Assembly (NCBI GenBank): GCA_034669905.1
Contig: JAXMOL010000039.1
Span: 15,354 to 79,353 of the forward strand
Length of the DNA: 64,000 nt
Origin: Candidatus Hydrogenedentota bacterium
GTDB taxonomy: Bacteria > Hydrogenedentota > Hydrogenedentia > Hydrogenedentales > JAEUWI01
Direction: 5' to 3'
Shown: positions 38,454-47,855 of the stretch, piece by piece
Layout: every line of letters begins with the position of its first letter
Numbering within the stretch: position 1 is the first letter of the stretch
Position numbers and translations under genes: made by a program
Notes under the pieces: model-generated
What the model was told of the DNA's origin: nothing
Databases searched by the model: none
What the model saw: the letters and a program-made list of their open reading frames with translations, nothing else

Positions 38454-39752
38454 TTATTCTTCGGCCTGCTTCCGGCATTGCACGATGAGCTCCGCGCCGG
38501 CGATATGGCGGTGTGCCTCGATCGTCAGGCCCCTCTCACCCAGTGCCGCGCGCAGCTTCTCCAGATCGTAGTGGGTCACATGTTCCCTGGTGTAGGGATA
38601 GGGCACGATGCGATGGTACAGGCCCTCGATAAGAGGCCACTGCCAACCGCCGTAGTCAGGCGTCCCAAGCAGCAGACAGCCTCCTGGCCTCAGCACCCGT
38701 GCCAATTCATCCAGCAATGCCACGCCGTCATGGTCGATGTGCTCAAGTAGCTGAGAACACACGAGGGTGGCCACCGTGGCATCGGCGAAGGGCAAGCGAC
38801 ATGCGTCTCCCTGAACGAGCGGATGGCCACTGCGGCGCATGAAGCGAAGCTTTTGCCCATTCAAATCGAGACCAATGCTTCCCTCCGGCAGTTGAGTCAG
38901 CAGGGTTGAAGTGCCGCAGCCTACGTCGACACAGGGCAGATCGGAAGGCGCGAACTCCAGGATATGGCTGGCCCGTTTTCTGTGCCACCAGCGTTGGAGG
39001 GGAATGCGGCTGTGACAGGCCCGCCAATCATAGTCGGGAAAGTCACAGGCGTTGCGGATGCGCCACATCTGGTAGAAGAGCCGACAGTAATCGACGCCAA
39101 ACTGAATAATACGCGCATTCGAGCGGCCTTCTTCCCGGGGTTCATAGTGGAAGGGAATCTCCGCCACGTGGCCGCCGCGGGCCATGATTTTCAGCAGGAG
39201 TTCCACCAGGAACACGAAGGTCGTAAAACGGATCTCGAGTCCTTCAAAGACTTTCCGGTGGTAAAGCCGGTAGCCGCTGGAGAGGTCCAGCACGGTGAGA
39301 CTCAGCCCAAAACGAAAGAAGGCATTCAGGATCTTGCTCAGCAGGAGACGGAAAAACGGCTGGTCGGCACCGCCCCCTTCCACATAGCGAGAGGCAATCA
39401 CCAGATCGCCCTTATCCCGTGCAGCCCAAAGGTCCTGAATGAATTTCGTCGGATGGGAGAGGTCCGCGTCCATGGTAATCATATAGTCGCCGCGGGCGGC
39501 CTGTGCGCCCGTGAGGATGGCGTGGCCGTAGCCCCGTCCTTTCTCACGCAAATAGCGCGCACCGTGGGAGGCCACAATATCAGGAGTGCCATCGTCCGAA
39601 TCGGCATCCACTACCAGCACTTCCGTCGCGATGTCCAAACCCGCCAGCGCATCCTGAAGAGCGGGGAGGAGCAGCTCCAGATTGGCCCCCTCATTTTTCG
39701 CCGGAATGACTACCGACAATGCTATGGCCTGTGCACCTTCGCTTACCGACAT
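38454..39752 (-). CDS. GT2 glycosyltransferase (DPM1-like) fused to class I SAM methyltransferase
   Basis: SVVIPAKNE, MDADLSH, DLSSGYRLY; VDVGCG, GDACRLPF, LLEH, RVLRPGG. Confidence 0.88.
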   Translation of the reverse strand: MSVSEGAQAIALSVVIPAKNEGANLELLLPALQDALAGLDIATEVLVVDADSDDGTPDIVASHGARYLREKGRGYGHAILTGAQAARGDYMITMDADLSHPTKFIQDLWAARDKGDLVIASRYVEGGGADQPFFRLLLSKILNAFFRFGLSLTVLDLSSGYRLYHRKVFEGLEIRFTTFVFLVELLLKIMARGGHVAEIPFHYEPREEGRSNARIIQFGVDYCRLFYQMWRIRNACDFPDYDWRACHSRIPLQRWWHRKRASHILEFAPSDLPCVDVGCGTSTLLTQLPEGSIGLDLNGQKLRFMRRSGHPLVQGDACRLPFADATVATLVCSQLLEHIDHDGVALLDELARVLRPGGCLLLGTPDYGGWQWPLIEGLYHRIVPYPYTREHVTHYDLEKLRAALGERGLTIEAHRHIAGAELIVQCRKQAEE

Positions 39753-39818
39753 TGTACTACCTTAATTTGTGGGGAGTCCCCGAGCCCTGTTTCATGAGTA
39801 ATTCGTCGCACCTGACAG

Positions 39819-42167
39819 CTAGTCCAGCGCCAGGGCGGGCGTTGCTTTGTCGCGCATGGAAAACAGGGCACAGACGTAGACCACAATCGCGAGTAGATAG
39901 AGAGACTGATAGCCGAACATCATGGCGTTGTACTCCAGCAAGCCCCCACACATGGCCCCGAAGACATTGGCCGCCAGACCGCCCGCCACGCTGACGTCGG
40001 TGCGGAGCAGACCGGCAAAGAGAATGCCGGAAAAGAGCATGGGAAGGGTCAGGATGACGATGGCCACGATTTTGCCCGTTACGTCCGACTGGAATCCCCA
40101 GAACATGGCGACGAAATAGCCCACCAGGATGGATGCCATGAGCAGTCCACCGGGAACCCAGAGTTTCTTTGGTTTGGCCAGGGCGACGATAAAGTTGGCC
40201 ACCAGCGACATGAGCAATACGCCGCAGATGACAAATCCAATTACCTGCCAGGTGTTGCCAAAAACGAGGCCCAATTCGGTGATCGCCTTGGTTTCCACCA
40301 ACATGAATCCGGCCCCGAGCAGGAAATAACTCAAATGGCCCCGGCGTGGTTTTCCGGGCAGGAGGAGTCCGGTCATGAGAAGTGTCATGATCGCCACCGC
40401 CGCAGCCATGCCCAGGTAGGAGAAGGGATAGACCCGTTTCGGCATGTAAAAGAAGGGCCAGTCGTCTGTCGAGAGGGCGAGGGATTCATTGCCCTCCGCA
40501 AACTCGGCGCTGACTTCCTGATAGCCTGCCGCGGTATACACCTCGGCCGGGATTTCGAGTCCATCGTTCCGGTGCACAAAGATGTACCGTTCGCTCTCTT
40601 CCGAATAAAGCGCCAGCGGGGCGTTCCCATCGAAGGCCACCTCGAGCATCCGATAAATCTTGTGGCCCAGGACCTTGTCGCCCAGATTCACAAAGGATAG
40701 GAAGAGCATGCCCTGTTCACTCAGGCGGGCGCGGGCTTCCTCGAAGCCTTCAATTGTGTAGACGAAGGAATCCACCCGGACATTGGCCGCATGGCTCAGG
40801 GCGGAGTGGGAATCGAGGAGCCCATAGATGATGAGGTCGTAGTTGGCATCGGTCGCCCGAAAATGGGAGCGGGCGTCGTTGATAAACGCGGTGACCCGGG
40901 GGTCGTCATAGGGGCGTTCCGGGTGGTTTTCCCGTCCCAATGCGACGATGACGGGATCTATCTCCACGGCATCGATGGCACCCACGTTGGCACGAAGTGC
41001 CCCGGCCACATCGTTGCCCGATCCGGCACCTACAATGGCGACTTGCTGGGGTTCGCCCGCCAGGGCATAGGGTAAATTGTAATAGGATTCTTCGGCCTGG
41101 GCCCATTCATCGTCCAGGTGGGCCACATGCTCCGCACGCAAATCATAGACCCGCTGATAGAAACGCCCGGCCACACGAATGGTCATGAGGCCATCTTCAC
41201 GGGTCACCCGCTCGATCATCTGGTAGGGCGAATGGATGGCCTGCACGCCAATGTCCTGCTGCCAGCCCAGCAGCATAAGGAGGGCCAGTGCACTGATTGC
41301 CGACGTCCGTAAGCCCCGTGCGGTGCGGGCCATGAGGTAAAGGACAACGGCACAGACCAGGGCCAGCCAGATTACCGGACTCGTCCAATATTGGCCCATA
41401 AGCAGCATGAGCAAGGTACCTGCCACACTGCCCACCAGGTTCAGGCCGTAGCCCTTCAAATTGGCGGTTCGCATCATCGCCTTGCCGCAGAGTTGCCCGA
41501 TAGGAATCAGGCAGGCCGCCGTCTGAAGAAACAGAGATGCCAGCATAATGTAAATAGCGAGGACCTGCACCCGGGTGCGTGCGGAATTCAGGCCGATGTC
41601 GAGCTGTTCGGTAATGGGGGAGGCATGGAGGCTGACGCCCTGCAGATCGCTCAGGCCATAGACCAGGAGGAACTGGGCAAGTACCTGCCAGAGTATCAGG
41701 GGGATCACAAAGGCGAGGGGGATCGTTTTTTGTCCCGAGAGGGCGTAACCCAGGCCGATGCCGGCGAAACAAGCCAGCAGACTGAAATTCTTGTAGAAGG
41801 CGAGGGCGGGAAAGATACCCACCTGCCAGCGAATGAGGGCCAGTTCGAGGAATAGACTCAAGCCCGCTGTGAGCACGATGACCAGGGCCACCTTACGATG
41901 GCTCAGCAGGGCCAGCCAGGTATCCTGCGCGGCGCCCATGTACTCTGTGTTTTCCCGGAGGCGATAAGCAAAGAATCCCAGCAGGGCCGTCACGACCACG
42001 GTCAAGGCACCAGCAATGAGAAATTGCTGGGTGAATTCCGACGTGAAGAGGGGGCCCGCCTCACCTTCCCGGAGATGGGTGAGATGGCGGGAAGCATAAA
42101 GGATGGCCATGGGGGCCACCCCGGTAAAAAGGGCTATGAGTGGAAAAAGACGCAAAAACCGGGTCAT
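39819..42167 (-). CDS. Multi-TM membrane protein with spermidine-synthase-like SAM domain
   Basis: SPYQ, IVGAGSGNDV, AVEIDP, DAR, YDLIIYGLLDSH, STDDWPFFY, FLLGAGFMLVETK. Confidence 0.85.
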   Translation of the reverse strand: MTRFLRLFPLIALFTGVAPMAILYASRHLTHLREGEAGPLFTSEFTQQFLIAGALTVVVTALLGFFAYRLRENTEYMGAAQDTWLALLSHRKVALVIVLTAGLSLFLELALIRWQVGIFPALAFYKNFSLLACFAGIGLGYALSGQKTIPLAFVIPLILWQVLAQFLLVYGLSDLQGVSLHASPITEQLDIGLNSARTRVQVLAIYIMLASLFLQTAACLIPIGQLCGKAMMRTANLKGYGLNLVGSVAGTLLMLLMGQYWTSPVIWLALVCAVVLYLMARTARGLRTSAISALALLMLLGWQQDIGVQAIHSPYQMIERVTREDGLMTIRVAGRFYQRVYDLRAEHVAHLDDEWAQAEESYYNLPYALAGEPQQVAIVGAGSGNDVAGALRANVGAIDAVEIDPVIVALGRENHPERPYDDPRVTAFINDARSHFRATDANYDLIIYGLLDSHSALSHAANVRVDSFVYTIEGFEEARARLSEQGMLFLSFVNLGDKVLGHKIYRMLEVAFDGNAPLALYSEESERYIFVHRNDGLEIPAEVYTAAGYQEVSAEFAEGNESLALSTDDWPFFYMPKRVYPFSYLGMAAAVAIMTLLMTGLLLPGKPRRGHLSYFLLGAGFMLVETKAITELGLVFGNTWQVIGFVICGVLLMSLVANFIVALAKPKKLWVPGGLLMASILVGYFVAMFWGFQSDVTGKIVAIVILTLPMLFSGILFAGLLRTDVSVAGGLAANVFGAMCGGLLEYNAMMFGYQSLYLLAIVVYVCALFSMRDKATPALALD

Positions 42168-42286
42168 TAGAAGCCTTTCGTAACCGGGAAACAATCGTAG
42201 TCGCACAAAATGCAGGGGTTCTTAGCGCCGATTATCCCATGTAACACGTAGGACTGTACAGGGATAAGATTCCAGGCACGCGTGGG

Positions 42287-42490
42287 TCACTCTTCGGGCG
42301 GATTGGTATCGTTCGGGACCGGGGCGTCTTCACCCGGGTCGCCGGAGAAGTAGGCCTTGATGCGGCGCCAATAGCTCTTCACCACCAGTGCCGCTCCCAG
42401 GAGTCCTCCGATAAGCCCTTGCAGGATGAAGGCCTCCAGGCCACCAAAAATATAGGCCGCTTGGGGCCGATGTGTAACAGATTGCTTCAT
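42287..42490 (-). CDS. Small single-TM membrane protein
   Basis: AYIFGGLEAFILQGLIGGLLGAALVVKSYWRRIKAYF; co-oriented ahead of the SAM/GT operon. Confidence 0.6.
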   Translation of the reverse strand: MKQSVTHRPQAAYIFGGLEAFILQGLIGGLLGAALVVKSYWRRIKAYFSGDPGEDAPVPNDTNPPEE

Positions 42491-42609
42491 GCTCTCACTC
42501 TCTCGAATCGTTACTGCGCCAGATTTCACCCAACAGGAAGACGTGCCCCTCCGTTGCTAGTATCGGACGCGAAAGGTCGCGCCTTTAACACCCTGCGTGT
42601 TGCAACGGG

Positions 42610-45012
42610 CTATTCCACGATAAAGCCGTGATAAAGCCCGAGGTAGTAGCCCAGCAGAAAGGGCGACCCCTCATCGAGCCACTTGCCGTTACGACCCGCA
42701 TCATCAAGGCGCCACGTGTCTTCGCTGAAGGATATGGCGTTGCGTTCGTCGATGGGAATCACGTAGCCGTCCACCCGGTGCCCCTTGCCTTCGGCTTTAC
42801 CCGGTTCCCGGGTGTGGGCTCCCAGGGGTACAATATCGATGCGGTGGCTATTGTTCATCGGCCACAGGACCAGATCCATGGGGAAGCGTTTGAGGGTGTC
42901 GACGCTGTCCTCCAGCCAGTTGTGGGTGGGAGAGAGGTCCGTCACGCCCCATTGGGTCTGCATGCCCTGGCCGTCGCAGAGTGCGGCGTACACGAAATTG
43001 AAGAAGGGGTTCTTCTCCTGGCGAACGATCTGCCAGTAGTAAAAGATTGAATTCTGGAACATACGGAGGACTTCGGGGTCTTCCTCGTAGCGAATCAGGT
43101 TGTAGTAGTTCATAAAGGCCATTTTGTCGTCAAACTGGACATGGGAGCCCGGTCCGGCCTGAAGTTTCGGCATGACCATGCCATTCAGGGCGTAGTAGTG
43201 ATTCTCCACAAGGTCCATGAAGACATCGCGGTATTTCTGCTCGCCGGTCACGTGATGGGTCACCGTGAGATAGGTCAGCAGACTCAGCGAATTCAGACCC
43301 CGTTCCGTCCACCAGTTCGGATCGCCGTTGAGCGATTCCGGGCTGAAATTGCCCCAGCGCGTGGGCGTGCGGTCATGATCCACCAGGCGGAAATCGTTCG
43401 CGATAAGGTGATCCATAACCCGGGCGCACACCTCCCGCACACGGGCCTTTTCCGCATCGGTTCTGGCCACGTGATCGTAGTAGAGGGCATACATCAGGAA
43501 GTGACCATCGAGTTCATCGGAGCTCGCGTCCGTTTTCCAATACCACTTGCCATCACCGCTCGTGGGCCAGCGGGGGATAAGGATCTTCCAGAGCGCGTCA
43601 CCTTCTTGTTTCTTTCGGTCGCGCTCGGGGCTATCGTGCTCGTTGGGGTTCCGGCCATCCGTTGGCAAGATGGAACGGGCAATAAAACCCGGAGGCGCGG
43701 GATTAGAGCCCGATTGGGTCACTTCGCTGAGGAAGGCCAGGGCTTCAAAGGCTTTCGTGGCCCGTTCTTTGGCCTTCGGGGCTCCCGTGGCACCGTAGGC
43801 CAGGCACTCCGCCGCGCCGTAGAGTCCCGTGTATTGGCCGTCATTGTCCGTGTCGTGCTGGGTCCATTGGGACGTGTCGCCTGCCTTTTCCAGGGTTACG
43901 CCATTGATAAACTCGAACTCGGTCCGGCGACCGAAGCGGTCAATTTCGGACTCGAAATATTCCGCTTTTTCGGCGAAGGTCATGGGCTTGAAATAAATAT
44001 GGCTGACGCCGCCGGCGGTAGCTATCCACGCACCATCATCGGTGGCCACGATATCGCGGACCTCATTGTTCGGCAACCAGCGTTTCCCGGCGCGATAGGC
44101 CCAGTTGTCGCCGTCGTAGTGGATAGCGCCGTTGCGCGTGCCCAACCAGAGGCGCCCGTTGGGGGCGGTGTTTGCGGTGGTGAAGTCGCTGTAGGGCAGG
44201 CCGCCTTGGCCGTCCGTGAGCTGCCAATCGTTATTCGAGACCTGTTGTGCCACACCTTGGGGAGCCGTGAGTAGCAGATGACCGGCGTGGTCCAGCAACA
44301 CCGCTCGGGCATCTACCATGCCCCAACTTTCCGTTTCGTGTGTCGGCAACAACCGTTGCCACTCGATTCCCTTACGGGCCTTGGCAAGACCTTGGTCACC
44401 ACCCGTGTAGAAGAGCCCACGTTTTTGGAGAACATAGAAACCGGAAGGGGTAGCAACGATCGTGTGCCCCGACGCATTGACGGCCACATCACGAATTTCG
44501 TTCACCGGGTCGAGGTTTTCGTCGGAGACCTGAAATGGGTTCATCGCGCCATCGGATAGGGAAAACAAGCCCTTGCTGGTGGCCGCCAGAAGTGACTGTG
44601 GCGGATTGACGCTGTCGAGAACGAGACGATTGGCCGGCGCAGGCAGTGCGTCGCTTAACAATTCCAAACGTTCTCCTGCAAAACGGTAGACGCTGGTCGC
44701 CGTGGCCACATAGAGGACGTCGTCATTCGCCAGCAGGGCACGGATATCACCCGGCGAGTCTGGTACGGCCTGCCACGCCATACCATTCCACTGGGCTAAT
44801 CCCTTCGCCGTACCCGCGTAGACGGTGTCGTTCGCCGTGACCGCCATGGCGCGCACGTCATCCGAAGGCAGGCCTTCGACCATGGTGTAAGTGTCCTGCA
44901 TTTCCTGTCCGTAAGTTTTGACTTCCAGGTGTTTATCGCTCTGTAGGGGCGCGCCTTGGGCAACGTGGGCGGTAAGGAACAGAGCGAGTAGGACGAGCGT
45001 TTTTTTCTTCAT
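42610..45012 (-). CDS. Secreted protein: regulator-propeller repeats plus alpha/alpha-barrel-like domain
   Basis: Signal peptide; GLPSDDVR, GLPYSDF, WLPNNEVR repeats; DNDGQYT, SSDELDGH. Confidence 0.75.
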   Translation of the reverse strand: MKKKTLVLLALFLTAHVAQGAPLQSDKHLEVKTYGQEMQDTYTMVEGLPSDDVRAMAVTANDTVYAGTAKGLAQWNGMAWQAVPDSPGDIRALLANDDVLYVATATSVYRFAGERLELLSDALPAPANRLVLDSVNPPQSLLAATSKGLFSLSDGAMNPFQVSDENLDPVNEIRDVAVNASGHTIVATPSGFYVLQKRGLFYTGGDQGLAKARKGIEWQRLLPTHETESWGMVDARAVLLDHAGHLLLTAPQGVAQQVSNNDWQLTDGQGGLPYSDFTTANTAPNGRLWLGTRNGAIHYDGDNWAYRAGKRWLPNNEVRDIVATDDGAWIATAGGVSHIYFKPMTFAEKAEYFESEIDRFGRRTEFEFINGVTLEKAGDTSQWTQHDTDNDGQYTGLYGAAECLAYGATGAPKAKERATKAFEALAFLSEVTQSGSNPAPPGFIARSILPTDGRNPNEHDSPERDRKKQEGDALWKILIPRWPTSGDGKWYWKTDASSDELDGHFLMYALYYDHVARTDAEKARVREVCARVMDHLIANDFRLVDHDRTPTRWGNFSPESLNGDPNWWTERGLNSLSLLTYLTVTHHVTGEQKYRDVFMDLVENHYYALNGMVMPKLQAGPGSHVQFDDKMAFMNYYNLIRYEEDPEVLRMFQNSIFYYWQIVRQEKNPFFNFVYAALCDGQGMQTQWGVTDLSPTHNWLEDSVDTLKRFPMDLVLWPMNNSHRIDIVPLGAHTREPGKAEGKGHRVDGYVIPIDERNAISFSEDTWRLDDAGRNGKWLDEGSPFLLGYYLGLYHGFIVE

Positions 45013-45147
45013 AGATGAACTCCTGGAGCACGGGCAACGATAGAGGATAGGGCGCGTAACCGACGATCGTTACTATAGCGAGTGTCTCGGACTGGATACA
45101 ATGACGGCGTTGACGGACTCTTTCCTCGGGCGTAGAACTCGACCGTA

Positions 45148-45185
45148 CCCCCGTTGGCCAACGGGGGATAGGCTTCCAGCCTGTC
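45148..45185. repeat. Composite palindrome plus solo REP variant C
   Basis: Perfect 20-bp palindrome CCCCCGTTGGCCAACGGGGG overlapping by one base GATAGGCT-TCC-AGCCTGTC. Confidence 0.7.
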
Positions 45186-45356
45186 ACGTCGCCCGCTCAA
45201 CCCGGCCAGGGTGTGGGGGACCACGGGGTAGCCCGTTCGATACCTCAGCCCACGTTCCTGAAGTTGGCTGGAGCGTGCTGGCGACGGCGTTGCGGCCACG
45301 TTCGATGTTGAATCGAGCACGATACGACGGTACACTAGCACGGTGGCGCAGAGAGC

Positions 45357-46784
45357 ATGCGCCTTGCAGCAGGCGAAGCAAATATTGTGGGGGTGCGCGT
45401 GAGAATCTTACGGTTTATATCAGTGGGGCTTTGGGTTTTGGGGTTGACTGCGCTGCTTCTTCCCATGGTGCGCGATGACTCGGCTTCAAGCAATGCCCGT
45501 CTGGAGCAGAACGCACAGAATCGTGCAGAGCGACAGGCCCGATTGGAGTCCTTGGGGATAGCGCAGCGTTACGAAGTCCATTCTCTGTTGGGCGACTACC
45601 GCGACGTGCTCTTCCTGGAGCAGGATTTCGAGCAGGTCGAGGCGTGGCTGGAGGCACTGTACGCCCAATCCGATGATCCGTACTTGGCGCTCAACTATTA
45701 TCGAAGCATGTTCAAGCTGATTGAAATTCGGCATGGACTATCACCCGAAGATATGGACGAGGTTCTGAAGGCTTGGATTGCACGAAATCCCCAAGCGTAC
45801 AGGCCACACTTCTTACGTGGGCGATTCCTAATCCAACGCGGTTGGCATGTAAACTCTTATTCATTTGGTTACGGACTCAATATTGGGGCCCGGGAGCTTT
45901 TTCGCGAGGCAGAATCTGAATTGCTAATGGCGGAAAGCAAGAATGGAGCCGATCCGAACGCAGCCGCTGCATTGATTTTTGTAGAAATGGGGTTGAAGCG
46001 TGGAATGGAGCGGGTCGATGCCGCCTACCAACGGGCTATCAGGACGGATCCAGATAGCGTGATCGCCCGTTACAATCGACTCTACGCGGTATTGCCGAAA
46101 TGCGGCGGTTCATGGGAGGCGGTGGAAGAGGTGGTTGCTGAGGCCAAGAGGGCCAGTGTGGAGTTTCCCTTGCTGAATATTATGGCGCGGTATAGCGCCT
46201 TTGAAATGAAGACTCGTGGTCGTTCCTATGAGGAATACCATGACGCATGGGAAACCCAGCTGAGTTTCGCCCATCCATTCATGGGCCAACTGGACCGCAA
46301 TGAGGGCGATCTGATTCTTCTGTGCAACGCCGCGCGCTATGCGAGCAAAGGACGGGAGTTCGCTTTGGCGGAATCGTTTTTTGCAGAGATCGGCGACCGT
46401 TATCACGTCGACAGCAATTTTCGGGATCTCATGGAGTTCAATGATTATCGCGCCTGGACGCACGCCAAAGTGGCACGTACGAAAGAAGAACCCATGCGTT
46501 CGGAAATGCTCGCGCGCGCGCTGGAAATCGCGCCTACGCACTATTACACAAATTATGCCATGGGAATGGAAGAATTGGCTGCAGCGGACCTGGTGTCCGC
46601 AGCCAATCATCTGAACCGCTCTCAAGAGCGCAATCCGGATTACGGCCCCGTATACGTAGGCCTTGCTGAATTGGCGCAACGACAAGGCGATACGAAAGGC
46701 GCAGAGAATCATGCGCGGCGTGCGCTGAAACAAGGAGTCTCAGGTGCATTGGAAGTGCAAGCCAGAGAAATACTTAATAATTGA
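45357..46784 (+). CDS. DUF4034-like / TPR repeat membrane-anchored protein
   Basis: N-terminal TM; LKAWIARNPQAYRPHFLRG, LPKCGGS; TPR-like ALEIAP and SQERNPDY; start codon uncertain. Confidence 0.7.
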   Translation: MRLAAGEANIVGVRVRILRFISVGLWVLGLTALLLPMVRDDSASSNARLEQNAQNRAERQARLESLGIAQRYEVHSLLGDYRDVLFLEQDFEQVEAWLEALYAQSDDPYLALNYYRSMFKLIEIRHGLSPEDMDEVLKAWIARNPQAYRPHFLRGRFLIQRGWHVNSYSFGYGLNIGARELFREAESELLMAESKNGADPNAAAALIFVEMGLKRGMERVDAAYQRAIRTDPDSVIARYNRLYAVLPKCGGSWEAVEEVVAEAKRASVEFPLLNIMARYSAFEMKTRGRSYEEYHDAWETQLSFAHPFMGQLDRNEGDLILLCNAARYASKGREFALAESFFAEIGDRYHVDSNFRDLMEFNDYRAWTHAKVARTKEEPMRSEMLARALEIAPTHYYTNYAMGMEELAAADLVSAANHLNRSQERNPDYGPVYVGLAELAQRQGDTKGAENHARRALKQGVSGALEVQAREILNN

Positions 46785-47015
46785 CCGGCAGCAAGGGTGA
46801 ATAGAGCTTAGGCCCAGGCCGTGCTCAAACTCGACCCAAATGATGAACAGCGCGCTCGGGCGGAGGAGATGATAGCGCGGAATTCATCCTAATTGCCGGA
46901 CGTATGGGGAGGGGCGGGGGTAGTTGACCGCGTCGACGGTGTCGGTTATGCTGAACCGTCGCAGCGGATGGGTTGTCGCTGCATCTGGGTAGTGAGCGAA
47001 TGGAGGAGCGATACC

Positions 47016-47822
47016 GTGTCGAATTTACGTCTAAGCCCTGCGCAAAAGGCATCTTATCACCGGGAGGGCTATCTCACCGGTCTGGAACCCATTTACGATG
47101 CGGAGGGGGTGGCCGAATTGAACACGGGCATCAAGGAAATTCTCGCCCTGCTGGAGCCCGGGGAGCGGCCCCTGGAAATACGGGAATGGCACCAGAACAG
47201 CACCTTTCTTTTCGATATCTGTATGAACCCGCAGATTCTGAACTACGTGGAAGACCTCATTGGTCCGGATTTCTATATGTGGGCGAGCAGCTTTTTTATC
47301 AAAGACCCCCACAGCCCCGAAACGGTGGCCTGGCACCAGGATTCCTTCTACTGGCCCCTCACGCCACCAGATTCCTGTACCGTCTGGCTTGCTTTCAGCG
47401 ACAGCGACGAGGAAAACGGGGCCATGCGGGTCATTCCGAAGTCCCACCGGGGCGGCATTATTCAGCACACCTCCGATGCCGACGCGAATTCCGTACTGAC
47501 CCTGAAGTGCGATACGGCGGAATACACGGATGACACCGCAGTCTTTATGAACCTGAAGGCCGGACAGATTTCTATTCACGATGACAAAATCATTCACGGC
47601 TCGCTGGGCAATAATTCGCCACGGCCGCGAATCGGATTCACGATTCGATATTCCAAGACCAATGTGAAATGTGATCTGGCCGTGAATCCCAATTTCAAGA
47701 CCTATCATTGCCGTGGGGAAGACCACTTTAAGCACAATCCCGTGGGCCCGGTTCCATCCCAGAAGTATGGGCGTATCTGGCAGGATTACCGAAACGTTGA
47801 AACGCTCAACAGGGAAAGTTAG
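47016..47822 (+). CDS. Phytanoyl-CoA dioxygenase (PhyH) family Fe/2OG enzyme
   Basis: WHQD (HxD), TVWLAF, ENGAMRVIPKSH, IHGS..N.S..PRIG; RBS GGAGG with GTG start. Confidence 0.92.
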   Translation: MSNLRLSPAQKASYHREGYLTGLEPIYDAEGVAELNTGIKEILALLEPGERPLEIREWHQNSTFLFDICMNPQILNYVEDLIGPDFYMWASSFFIKDPHSPETVAWHQDSFYWPLTPPDSCTVWLAFSDSDEENGAMRVIPKSHRGGIIQHTSDADANSVLTLKCDTAEYTDDTAVFMNLKAGQISIHDDKIIHGSLGNNSPRPRIGFTIRYSKTNVKCDLAVNPNFKTYHCRGEDHFKHNPVGPVPSQKYGRIWQDYRNVETLNRES

Positions 47823-47855
47823 TCTCTATCCTCAGGAAACGGAGAAAAGGACATT

